A DNA stretch of 64,000 bases from Ophelia neglecta (Eukaryota), in NCBI GenBank assembly GCA_965285935.1, contig OZ260663.1:64356001-64420000 (forward strand), given 5' to 3'. Shown here one piece after another: positions 52,501 through 64,000 of the stretch (positions are counted from its first letter, which is position 1; every line of letters starts with the position of its first letter). A program made the position numbers and the translations under genes. The notes beneath the pieces are model-generated. The model worked only from the letters and a program-made list of their open reading frames with translations. It made no database searches and was not told the DNA's origin.

Positions 52501-53740
52501 TCAAATAAAAATGTAGATACACATAAATGTAGACTCCAAGTGTAGATCGGCATAAATGATACGTCTGATAACCTTGGTTTTGTTCGCGTGAGGCAACTGT
52601 TTCCAGTCAGAACTATTTTGCTTAGCATTAATTCTGACTAGTTGAGATCTACAGTTAAGAAAGTGGTAGTACTTGTATAATTAAACAGGCATTTTGTAAA
52701 GAATTTTCATCGAGAGGGCTCTATTTTTGTAAGATCCTATTTTTCAGAGTGACTTAACATATAATACAATAAGACACCAGTTAAACTATAACTTCTATCT
52801 TTTCCCCAGTATTCTGTTTTGTGGAGTTCCTGTCCACGTTGAGAGGGTGGACCTTCCACTGTTACAGTGTGTTTTGGATGGTGTATTGTGCTGTTTGTCA
52901 GTCCCTTACTTTTATAATACTGATACCAATTCTAACCTGTGTTTAGACACACCAGTCCTGGCAATCACCGGATAGCTGCTGTGTGTAGTTATCTCACACT
53001 CTCTGCCAGAAAGGGTCCCTCTCAGAGAGATGTTCCATCCCCTATCAGAGGGGGCTGCAGAGAAATGGGCTGGCCAATTGTCTCTTAAGACTTGAGATAA
53101 CCACCTCTGCCTCCTACAAATCACCCTCAATGTTCACAAAACTAACTAATATGCATCAAAAAACAATAGACATGGAACACTTCAATAGTTCGTATGTCCA
53201 TCTTTCTCTCTTTTAGTAGACCGAGATGTGAGTTTTACCTGAGCAGTTTTCAAGATTCTGATAGTGCAGTTGATACCCTTTTTCCAGTGAAGTTTAATTG
53301 ACTAGATTACTAGCTGATGAGCCCGACTGTTTCCTCTCAAGATGACTTTTATAGGTCCTGAATGTAAGGTGATTGCCATGGATGTGTAGCGTTGTTATGG
53401 TTTAATCCTCCATGGAAACAGTTGCTATGGTAACACGAGCATCTCCCACTAGAGCTTACCTCACGTTAGGCATATTTATGCGCAAACTATTGTATTTAAT
53501 CTACCCAAGCATGACAGGGTCTACTCAACATATTTATGAGTAATCTAATCTATAATTATTATTTCTGATCGGAGAAATGCGATTATATTATCAAATATTG
53601 GTAGAGAGCTTACAAATGACATGGCATGTATCATATTTCATAATTTATAAATAAGCATAATGATAATAATTACTCTGTAAGGACTAAGCGCCTGTACCTT
53701 ACTTTGACAAATAAAGCAAGTCTGAAAAATTAATTTACAG
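49595..53740 (+). other. Putative long non-coding terminal exon (3'UTR, about 4 kb)
   Basis: T/TG-rich, with no credible ORF and no obvious TEs. AATAAA occurs at 52504 and 53710, and composition shifts to intergenic character after about 53950. The 3' end is approximate. Confidence 0.5.
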
Positions 53741-53960
53741 CCTCATTTTGGTTATTAGAAATTGAGGGATTGTTAAACCGTTATTGTTTATTTGTAATTC
53801 CTACTTTAAAAATCTGATCGTCATTAAATCCTTACATCATATCATCCTTTTCCTTCTGCGTTTGAGAAGTTCACAGGAGCAAAAAAATACATGTAGTATG
53901 GATTCCATTAATGTCCAAACCAAATTACTGTAAGTTATTAAGAACTAATATAATAGGTTA

Positions 53961-55355
53961 TGCCCAGTGTGACGTGCTGTGAACCAAACCGTTTCTGGCT
54001 ATAAGTAAACCTTTGATTTCCAGTAATAGCTAGCCAGTAATACTTTTGGATTACTACCAAAGAAACAGATTAGTATTTCAATAACCCTACTCACAAGTAG
54101 GCAGACCCGTTTCTCCGCTCAAACAACTTTTCTTATATTCATCAACGGGTCGGTTCTTTCCAACCATTTTTTTAGTTTTATAGTTATATGTCGACTTGCA
54201 TAGGAAACACTAGTAGTGTATTGCAATAAGCAGAGAATGCAATGGCAAAACCCTGTAATGGACTTCCCTGGCAACAAAGCTGTCCTCGCAAAAAGAAAAA
54301 AATAACGCAGTAATTAGCGCCAGCAAGACGTAACGGAAGAAGGCATACTCTCTTAAATATTAAAGCAGAACGTAGTAACCGCACCTTGTGCAAATGAATG
54401 TTACGTTATAATATGACGGATATTAGTAATGTCACCTAGTTCAAAGGTTAAAACCGGCTAATACCAAAAGACATACTACTAAGTTACTTCTTAAAGAATT
54501 TAAACTATATCCGCATACTAATTTCTGAATGAAAACATTAAATTTTGTGCTGAGAAGAAATTCCTATGACGTAGTTCCTTGACCTCAAAATTCTCCTTAA
54601 CAACAAGGTTTCATCGATGACAATACAATATATATTTATAAGTATGTGTAGATTTTTACACGTATGCAGTGTAATCTTAAGAAATGTGAAAGTCGACTAA
54701 ATGGCCCTATATTTATTCCAATTCCATACCTAGGTATCCGATACCTTGAAGGTAATAATTGTTCATTTTACATTATAAATAGTGGCTCTCATGCCTCTCC
54801 ATAAATAATGATTTTCAACCTTTCTTTCAAACTTTATGACAAATGTTTAAAAACGTATATAAGCTTTATTGAAATGCCTATATCATGTTTCTTTAAACTA
54901 GTTATTAATTAAACACTTTTTCAACGTATTTCAAACATTAAAACGAAATAAATATCATTTTTGGGAAATCTAGTCTTTTCAAACATTCTTGTAACCTTTT
55001 GCAATGTTTAACATAGGTTAATATCATGTTTAAAAAAACTAGATTTTTAAATGTTTTTGCAAGGTGTTTGAAACATTGACGAAAAGGTTAAGACCATGTT
55101 TGATAGTTCTTCAAACTTGCAACGTATTGGCAACGTTTATAATAAGTTACTATATCTAACACTGTTACTCGAAGCCTCCGTTAGTTATATACAGGTAGCT
55201 TTGGATAGGCGCGTACCTGTGATAAGTATTCAATGTTAATAAACTATTCATATCACGATTTCATCGAGGAAACGTTTTCAAAGAACTTAATAATAACGTT
55301 TTGAAAAAGTTCTATGCTATATGGGTATTCTCTATCTAAAAGGCTGCACTGGGCA
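53961..55355. mobile_element. Possible 1.4-kb non-autonomous TIR element
   Basis: Inverted ends TGCCCAGTG / CACTGGGCA with TTA on both flanks (53958-53960 and 55356-55358). The interior has degenerate aacgt/aacatt subrepeats at about 54810-55310. Confidence 0.45.
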
Positions 55356-55882
55356 TTAATAACAGTGTACATAAGTGTGCGCCTGGACACCGATGACTGT
55401 TGGCAACCAGCGGAGACTAGAGGTGCAATGGGCGTTTTTTTGGCTACCCATAGGGATGCAATAACTCTCCTACGGTTCATTAATTTCTGAGTAGCCGCCA
55501 AAACCGGCACTCATTCCTTACGTAGAATTACTTGCATAGCACCGACTAAGAACAAAATGTCTTACATGGTAACAAGGTAATGTACATGACAGGTAAAGGG
55601 TATTCTCGGTGTCCTTGGAATTTGAACCATTTTCTATCATTTCCTATTCAAACCTTAATAAGAACATGACCTGACCACGCTTGTGTAGTATACGCCACAA
55701 AGCGCAAGCAATTAGAATATCATACTACTCCAGTATATAAGCATATAAACTGCTCGGCCATTCAGACTATCGTCTCATTCTTACTACAGGAACCATTGTC
55801 ATACATAGCCTATAATGCCCAATGGCTCATATACTATAGCGGCAGAAGGCACTGACACTGATCCCTGTGGTTTTTACATACG

Positions 55883-55918
55883 TAATTAACAGAGATGTTT
55901 TTTCATCTCTGGTAATTA
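55883..55918. repeat. Short palindrome / hairpin (15-bp arms, 1 mismatch)
   Basis: TAATTAACAGAGATG-tttttt-CATCTCTGGTAATTA. Confidence 0.8.
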
Positions 55919-56094
55919 ATGATGAACAATGATCAACGTTCCCCAATCATAAAAATGGATAGAGTAGAGCAAATTTTCACAACTGGTAAACTATATTCTT
56001 CAAGTATTTTCACCGTTTGATCATTGATTGCATTCCAGCTGGTACATCATGCAACACGTTAATCGTTAATATGCCTGTTCAATAGACATTGGCA

Positions 56095-56160
56095 TAAATA
56101 TATATATATAATATATATAAATATATATATATGACCTTGGTATGATATGACCTTGGTATG
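56095..56160. repeat. (AT)n microsatellite plus a 16-nt tandem duplication
   Basis: AT run followed by atatgaccttggtatg twice. Confidence 0.85.
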
Positions 56161-56902
56161 TATAAAATGTTTGTATGTACGTCGCTATTTGTGAAATTGA
56201 ATAAGTAATTCCAATCTACATTTCAATTGTTATTCAAGTCGTCCTATCCCGAATGGAATATATTTGCAGGAAGCGCGAAACAGATGTTTCTACCTTGTCG
56301 ATAATCGTTCATATATAGGCTGCCATGTTGGATTACGGATGTCACAACTCTGCCACTCACGCACTCACGTAGATTTTATGCTTAGCCCAGTATGGATATT
56401 TTGGTGGTCCCGATGGCGACGATTTCCCTTCAATTCGGTAAGTAAAGTAGTGTAATGCTAGAGCGTGTATCAAAAATAATCTACACATGTATAGTGCACC
56501 TGACATTCCATGTAGGTAGATTCATTGGTACTTCATCCTCAGACTTGTGATACTGTATACGCTTCATTGCTATTTTTTTATTAACACGATTATGCTGGTT
56601 TTTTTTATATAACTGTATAAATTAAAAAAAGGAAATATAGCCATATATTGCACAGGTTAAAATATTGAAGAATAAATTAGTTTATTTGCATTATTCGTTT
56701 AATGTACGAAGACCAGTTTGTTAGTATATCGGTCATAGTATTCTATGTTAATTTAATTTTTGGAATAAAAAAAAAGCAAATGTGATCTGATTTTTTATGC
56801 AATTGTGTTAAAATGACTGTGATGCAAAAATTAGCACCAAAAATGACGTGTACGATTATTTATGACAATTTCATGTATCCGTGCCTAGCAATGTGTCTAT
56901 AA

Positions 56903-57000
56903 CCCAGATAGCAAGATGCATTGGCCCAATATCGGGCCTATGTAGGCAGTTTTTACCCAGGATTTGTCCAACGTCGGACCAATGGAAAGTGCTTAGTGGG
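56903..57000. mobile_element. About 100-bp MITE-like element
   Basis: Imperfect inverted ends cccagatagca / tgcttagtggg, with internal palindromic subrepeats (ttggcccaa, tcgggcc, tcggaccaa). Confidence 0.45.
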
Positions 57001-57969
57001 AATCAGCCCTTGCATAGATAACACTACATGATTCCCCCTATTTTGAGCCACTAGCAGTAACCCGCATCCACGGTGAACAGGGCAGAGGAGGTGCATTTAA
57101 GTTGGCAGTGTATTTGTGAAGAGCAGTTTTCATTAGAGACTAAATTAGGGCGAGAAGCATAGAGTAAAAAGGTGTAAAACTAAGAATATATAAAAGTAGA
57201 GTGATGTACTTTATGCCATGCATTCAAGGTTATAAGAGGATTTATATTGATCGATAGCCAAGTCATGGCTGTACCACTACTAACCACACACGTATATTTA
57301 TTAGTTGCAGCAAGTGGAAACCGCGAGTCAAGCATTGGCAATCAGTGAAAACTACGATCTTTTATGGGCAGCCAGACCTATATTTGAAAACTCGTGATCT
57401 AGTTAGGACGAACGGTCACTGGTTTCAAAACTGTAGCTATTATAAACACGAAATTTAAGAAATCACCCCATAATACCTATAGACATTAACGTTTCAAATA
57501 TCCAAGGCAACGGTTTCGATCTTGTTTCGATCTTTCCTCTATCTGAAAAGCGTAGACTATTGATGAAATGCTTTGTTCAGAAAAAAGTATAGGCCTATTG
57601 ACCAATTAATATCCCCTTGGTAAACTAAATCCTTATTTTTAAAATTTATGCACAGGTGCCATAACTTACCTTTAAGGGTCCGGCAATATTTGTATATCAT
57701 GACAATCTGTGGTGGCAATACTGGTACCACTTTATAAGCCCTTGCCGTTATGCTTAAATTTGGGGTATATATACAAGCTTAGTTCATACACAATCCACCC
57801 AGGAGCAAGCAAGTTATTTATATACAAATCAGCAAGTCAGGAATATAACAAAACTACGTAATCTAGATACACACATAAAAGAACATTGCATGACAATATA
57901 TATACAGCTCTGTGAAATAAGATATGCGAACACGCTATACGCTGCCCATTTTTGCCCCCACCATTGTTT

Positions 57970-58330
57970 TGAAAACAAGTTGGGGGTTATGCATTGGACC
58001 ATGCAGGTCCTCCGCCGCTGTCGCCGCCATCGCCGCCGTCGCCGCCGACATTTGTTTAGGGTATAATTGGACAACCATTAGGCCCACAGTAACTATAGTC
58101 CATGGGTATGATATATAGTCCTGGGATTTGTTTGAGTTAGATGGCGCCACGCTAGCGCCTATACTACTTCCTCTACAGCAATATGGTGACAAAAGCTCAT
58201 TGACAAGATTGCACAAAAAGTATTGGATCTACATGGCTGAAATTGACAGGTAGGGAGCGTTTCAGACCTAATATAAACTGATTAACTTTTAGAAGACATC
58301 TTAATAAATTTAGTTGCCATAGCAACGCAA
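57970..58330. mobile_element. Probable Helentron/HINE-like non-autonomous repeat fragment with (CGC)n microsatellite
   Basis: aaacaag start, degenerate cgccgc tract at 58013-58047 and a gttgccatagcaac palindrome near 58315. The layout resembles molluscan Helitron-derived repeats (recalled, not searched). Confidence 0.4.
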
Positions 58331-59071
58331 ATAGAAAATGTGAACGGCAACAAATGTCAAACTTTTTTTGCTTTTCGTGTTATTTCAGACAATTTTAAGA
58401 GTTTTGATTTCTGTTTTGATTGCTCTTGAAGATCTACCCCACACTTTCTTCATTCTCTGTTTCTTCGTAAGGTGTTTAAGTCAATCCTTCATTCATACTT
58501 AGATCAAAAAGTTCAATATTTGGGATGAGAATGACTGAACTCGTGGGAAGTGGTTGGTCATCATCCAAAGGCAACACCACGTCATCTAGTCTCTTACTTA
58601 ATACCTCGCAACTAGCTCCCTTTTACCCTTCTTCAAAGACACCTAATTTAAACCTTCTTCTTGATGATGGCTCGACAAAGGCGAACTTCGAGTAAAGCAA
58701 TAACAAAACAAGTTGGGCTCATTTTGGTGTAAGTGTTGAACCTGAAAGATATTACTAATTTTTGTATAAAAAGTTAGAATTTGACAGCGATCCTGACTTG
58801 TTGATTATTTGCAACCTTGCAATTGCGATATATTTTCAGACGTCTGTGAACATCTCAAACGTGTTATTGCACGTTGAGATCCTACACAAGCAACAAACGT
58901 TGCCTACAACAATAAAAACATATAATATACAATGCTACAATTATATTTATATCATAAAACAATTGCAAATGTCATAACTATTTATAATTAGGCCTATTCA
59001 GTAGCTATATAGTTGTGGCTTAAAAACCTCATGAATGTATAATAGGACTCTGTTACATAACCTCATGCAGA

Positions 59072-59550
59072 ACTTGACTAAATTAGACCAATAGTGTGCC
59101 TACAGGTTTTATGTTTTACATCAGATTCAGTGCAAATTACATGCATGCAGCTAGTCGTGTTTACACCTAACACTTCTGTCCCTCAGATTGAGAGGGAATA
59201 TTTACTTCTTCACTCAGGTGAGCATGATAACAACATTAGCTCTACGTCCAACGTGTCTTAGCATGGACTAGGCTCTGATTATTGAGCTCTCCGAGATTTG
59301 TTGAATTAATACAAATTTTCATCTTTACGGGGATAACAGGTAAGAGAGTTTTGTATTGTACAGATCAGATAATTTATAAGGCCTGTTGGCCATATTGTGA
59401 TTTATCATTGACATTACAAGAAAGGAAGCCCAGGCTTGGATATATATGCATGTGAGGCCGTAAGTTTAAATACGAAAAAAACATACTCGTAGAATTGTGC
59501 GCAATGGCATGATAAAATGGCCTCATGTGAGGCAAAATTTTTTATGTCTG
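59072..59550 (+). repeat. Diverged direct repeat, copy 1
   Basis: Colinear blocks shared with 61236-62050, e.g. acttgactaa, cagtgcaaatt, atgcagctagtc, ggaatattta, aggtgagcat, ttagcatgga, atttgttgaatt, aacaggt. Confidence 0.85.
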
Positions 59551-61235
59551 CACGGCAATTAAAGGAACATCAGAAATTATGCTCTGCCCACAACCATCTC
59601 GACCGCCTGATTAGAATTGAGATAAGGGTTTGGGGCCATTAGTATTGTCTAATTAAACCGAATGCAAAATATAGTTCTATGCAAAAGGTGAAAATGACCA
59701 GGATCTCGCTTCCGCCGCCCATCAAAAAATCTTGGAAAGTAAACACCCATCTAAGAATGACTCATAGTCAACCCATTACACCATGAGGGCGGTTGATTGA
59801 CGGTTAACCTCCGCTATGTTCAAACACCGTGAGGCATCGCCGAAACGGATTTCAATGCGACAAGTTGAAGACTCGGGGAAGGTTGTAGGAAAACAGTGGC
59901 TATTAGTAGAAGTCGATTTAAGAGAAAATGTGTTTAAAATCCAGTCTAAAATCTGTTTGTTTACATCAGATCACGGCCTCGAGGTAATAAAGTTACAAAA
60001 TGAATTAAACTTGGACATTTAGAACTAAGGTTAAAACTCTTGCAGGTTATTTTGTGTGTGAGGAGTAATAAGGTAAAAATCAAATGTTCAGTAAAGATTT
60101 TAGAGTGATTGAAAGTATGAATATGGTATGCCTCCTACATGTATATGGTTTTTGTACTTCATTTGAAGAAGGGTTTTAGAAGTTTCCGTAAAAAAGGATC
60201 TGGAGTCATATAATATGGAGACGCCCGTTTTAGTGACCGGCATCAACGGGGTACAAGTTAACGCACCCTTGGTCGTTATATATAGCCCACGCACGATTTT
60301 TGATACCCCTTTAAAACTTATTAAGTGACAATTATTTTTAATCATTTGTTTGTGAAATTTGTTGCATCTGTAGAGCCTCATTTTAATCATTTTCGGGTTT
60401 AAGGAATTTACGCATTCAATTTTTAGCAGTTTTACTTTATTGTTTGCGAATTTGCATGATCATATGGCGCGAAATAAGAAGGGGACTGTGCGAAGTAACA
60501 CGGTCATTTGTGCGTAATTCTTTGATACAAACCATTTGTTATTAAATCCTAACTTACAGAACTGATAGAAGCAATAAATGCCATCTGAGTAGTTATTTTT
60601 GCCATTTCATTCACATTTAATAAGTGTAAAACTTCCTGCCGGGCAGTTTGATGGTGTGCAAACTTACAAGGTCGTGTGCGCTAAATAGCAATGAAGGATG
60701 GGTGCGCTAATTTACACGATTAATTGTTCATTCGCACATATCTAGTTATTGTTGTTCCATACCATATAGCAATTTTAATGAATAATCTTTAAGTTATTAC
60801 CTATTCAAAAAGGTAAGAACCCCCCCAAACAACGCTTGGATTGCGGGGAAATCCTTGTTTGTTTGCGCAAGGGGTGCGCGAACATGCACGGGACTCTTAA
60901 CACCTGAGGAAAAAAGTAAGAGGTGCCTACTTGTTAATTAAACATTTACGACACTGGATAAAATTTAAGTATATCGATGCGGTTTTTCTGCATTAAGGAT
61001 GTGATAATTTAAAGTCAATATTTGATGTAAGTATTCAGTTAGTATTCTGGCGGGGAGTTTAGGCGAGCACCTTGCCCTTGTCTAATCCACATGGATTAAC
61101 ATTTACGACTTCTACTCTTGAAAGTACTTAATAAAAACGTCCAAGGCTGCATATATTGGTAAGGAATGCGGCTTTATAACCAGATACTGGACTAGCATTG
61201 TATTCTGCCCATACTTTCACTCGCAACTATACTGT

Positions 61236-62050
61236 ACTTGACTAAGTGAGACCAACCGTATAAGCTTTTGTTATACATCAGTGCAAATTGTATGCAGCTA
61301 GTCATGCGTTTACACCCAACACTTCGGTCACTCAGATAGAAACGGAATATTTACCTCTTCATTTAGGTGAGCATATTTATGGCATCCGATTCTACAGTCC
61401 ACGCATTTTAGCATGGATTAGGCCCTAACTGATCGGGGGTACCCAGCGATCTGTGCTGATGAATATCTATTATGATGCCACTTTCAGATGGCTGACAATA
61501 TAACCTCATAAGAACCGATCAGCTTATAAACTTCTTCACTAGCTACTATCAGATCATCTCCTAGAGACCAGTATATAAACCTGTATGTGGTGTACGCCCT
61601 TGTACTGACCAAATGTAACTGTATTATTTACTGTATGTTATTCTTAGGAGATTCAACATTTTTTATCAAAGTTGTTTAAAACTCTTATACAAGTTTTACT
61701 TTGCGGGTTTTGCTTTTCTTGCACTTTTACCAAATTGACTTCGGCGGTCGTTGGGTTATTCTGGCTGATTGGTGGGCTCTGTAATTTGTTGAATTGATAA
61801 GAATTTTTATCTCTACGGCATAAACAGGTGAGAGTATTTGTTTCGTATAAGAATAGATAGTTTATTGAACCTTCCTATATGATATGGTGGTTTAGCATCG
61901 AAATCACACGAAACAGAGTCAAGGCTACGGTAATATTTGCATTTGAGGACGTATTAGTAACTGCTAATAAAGATAAACGTAAAATTGTACTCCATAGCAT
62001 TAGAATATACCTATAGCTGTGGCATTTAAGGCATAAAATTTCATTTCTCG
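61236..62050 (+). repeat. Diverged direct repeat, copy 2, interrupted by a ~330-nt insertion (61434-61764)
   Basis: Same blocks as copy 1. The extra segment is bracketed by CTGAT at 61429-61433 and 61765-61769. Confidence 0.8.
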
Positions 62051-64000
62051 CGAGAGGCCATTTCTAGTGAAAGTTTGGTAGGTGCACACGAACAAAACGA
62101 TTCATGGGAAATTGGATTTCGGTGTTTCCGATGAATAACGTTACTATCGGGGAATGTTGTTTGTGTAAATAATTTTAAGTATACAATATGTCCCGTTTAC
62201 TTTTATATCACTGTTGTTCGACGTTTACAGTGACGAGTCGTCTATATCCGGTCAAAAGAGGAAGGTTCTCCGTGAACTGAAACAGGTTTTCCAGGAAGTG
62301 ATTTTAGATTGCTCAAAAATACATAATAGAGAATGCCTGAGCCTGAAGACTAAATATTTTCCATATATATCCCACCCCCTCGCTAATAGTGCGTCCGGAT
62401 CCCCAATTTAAACTGAATAACATCTATAATTTGCACTGTTTTCCATTTATTAGAATTCTTGAGGGATGTTCGAACCAAAATAACCCTGGGGTATATAATA
62501 TTTTAACATGTTTGGCGTTGACCGGTGTTGTTTTAAAATCTATAATTTTTTTTCTGTAACATTACAAAACAAAACAAGAATCGTAGGTAGAAGAGATCAC
62601 CTTCATAAAATTATGGTAATTGGAATGATACACCGGTAGTTTAAAATGACTTATGGATTTCCAAGGACATTTTGATGGAAATCGGCGTTTTTACGTTTTA
62701 TGTATCCAAATTTAATTGATACGGTTAAAACACAGTTATTATATTGATATGACAGGTTGCCATAACATAATAATATACAGGAGTGAGGGAGAAGCTAACC
62801 TTTCATTTATTTCGGGTCGTACTTACATGTACCATCTGACCAAATTGTTAACAAGTTTATTCTCAGTGGAATGAACACATTTTCAGGAGACCTATTTTAA
62901 ATTTTCCAGGGACACCCATAGCGTTACTTATGAGCACGGCTTTCTTTCATGATAACAAAAAGCCAGTGTCGAAAAGTTTCAATTGATTCCTGTCCGGGAC
63001 ATTTGTGGCAATATTTCGTTAGCACTAGAAGTAGAAATGTCGTTGCCGTAGTAAATATAACGACAAGTGGCAATGGAAATGAACAAACACTGTGACTTAT
63101 TTATTTCACGTTTCAAGTTGATCAGCATAGGCTACATCATTGGCTTGTTTTAAATGTGAAGGTTAAATCGATTATTTTTGAAGTTGAATTCACGGTAAAA
63201 GAGCCGACTAGGCCTATAAAAACACTACGGCATCGAGCGGGTCATGATTTAATGGCAGATTAAAACAGAGCGACGAGAGTTGGGCAAACTTTGACTTAAC
63301 CGACACTGTGCTTAGCATACTTAGAGCGTCCATAGTAAATACTGAACACTACTTTCTGGTGTCCAAATCGCATATTTACCAAGTTGCACGACTGTGCGAC
63401 AAGTCCTCTAGTTGGTGAAATCGGCGAAGTTGGCTGTATTGCAGGGCTCTCCGGTGTGTATCATATTCATGGGCATGTCATGAGAGTTTTATGCAAGGTC
63501 GTTTTTGATGAACACAACAGATTACATCGCTTATCAAGTAAGGCATCTTCAAAGGCCTAATCACACAAACAAGGACATATATCTTTTGTGGTGATACACA
63601 TGTTTAATCTTGTATAGAGATTAAAAGTAAGCATATAATATATATTATATTTTTTTCTCATGTTTTTTTAGAGAGGGTCAAGTGACGTTATAATATTATC
63701 AACGATTGAAATAGAAATTCAGATGTATTTTCAAAGAATTGTTTTAAAGGTGAATCGTGAAAGTCAATTGATTAACATTACAATTTTCCCCTTGTAGGCC
63801 TATACGTTTTAAATATTTTCGGAAATCTAGCCCTGACCTTAACTTTCCACACCAAGAACGATAACCAACAGGTCAGTTCAAGTAAAAATTATAAATATAA
63901 AGGCTTTAAACTATAGCCCATTACATTTTTAGTATATCAGATTCAATTATTTAATTTGTCAAAAAAGTAAAATTTTATTGATGATTTAAAATTACACAAT

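Noticed and set aside
53310-53345. CTGATGA hammerhead-core-like word
   Set aside because: No following stem II plus GAAA and no flanking helices.
57829-58216. Arg-rich and Ala-rich ORFs
   Set aside because: Artefacts of the (CGC)n tract in a repeat element.
63215-63250. TATAAAAA with a possible initiator
   Set aside because: Weak Inr, and no downstream exon or ORF is identifiable in the window.

Overview
This is animal genomic DNA, probably from a marine invertebrate such as a mollusc or other lophotrochozoan (inferred from composition and repeat types). It is not prokaryotic, and most entries in the ORF track are intronic noise. About 54 kb is the 3' part of one + strand gene, a CELF3-6/Bruno-3/UNC-75 subfamily RNA-binding protein. 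Nine core coding exons (607-47560) give RRM2, the Q/A-rich linker, RRM3 and the C-terminal [13 protein letters not shown]1 lies upstream of the window. The introns include ones of 25.1, 7.8 and 7.0 kb. A probable 3'UTR intron and a roughly 4 kb terminal exon follow, then CpG-richer intergenic DNA with transposon remnants. The most notable signal is dense fine-scale splicing choice across the linker: a five-fold TAG-CAG-CAG-CAG-CAG acceptor that could tune a polyQ run, a second NAGNAG, tandem donors, a 6-nt microexon with two upstream TGCATG motifs, and a +12 nt alternative acceptor. There are also candidate truncating exons next to three UNC-75 consensus sites, and an intronic TATA-Inr pair that could drive an RRM3-only isoform. 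Together these suggest a CELF autoregulatory circuit. Other features are an ISL2EU-like transposon derivative, a G4-prone minisatellite, a compact three-way-junction fold and a 19-nt intronic repeat with a near-complementary partner. All regulatory claims are predictions from reading the sequence and are not validated.
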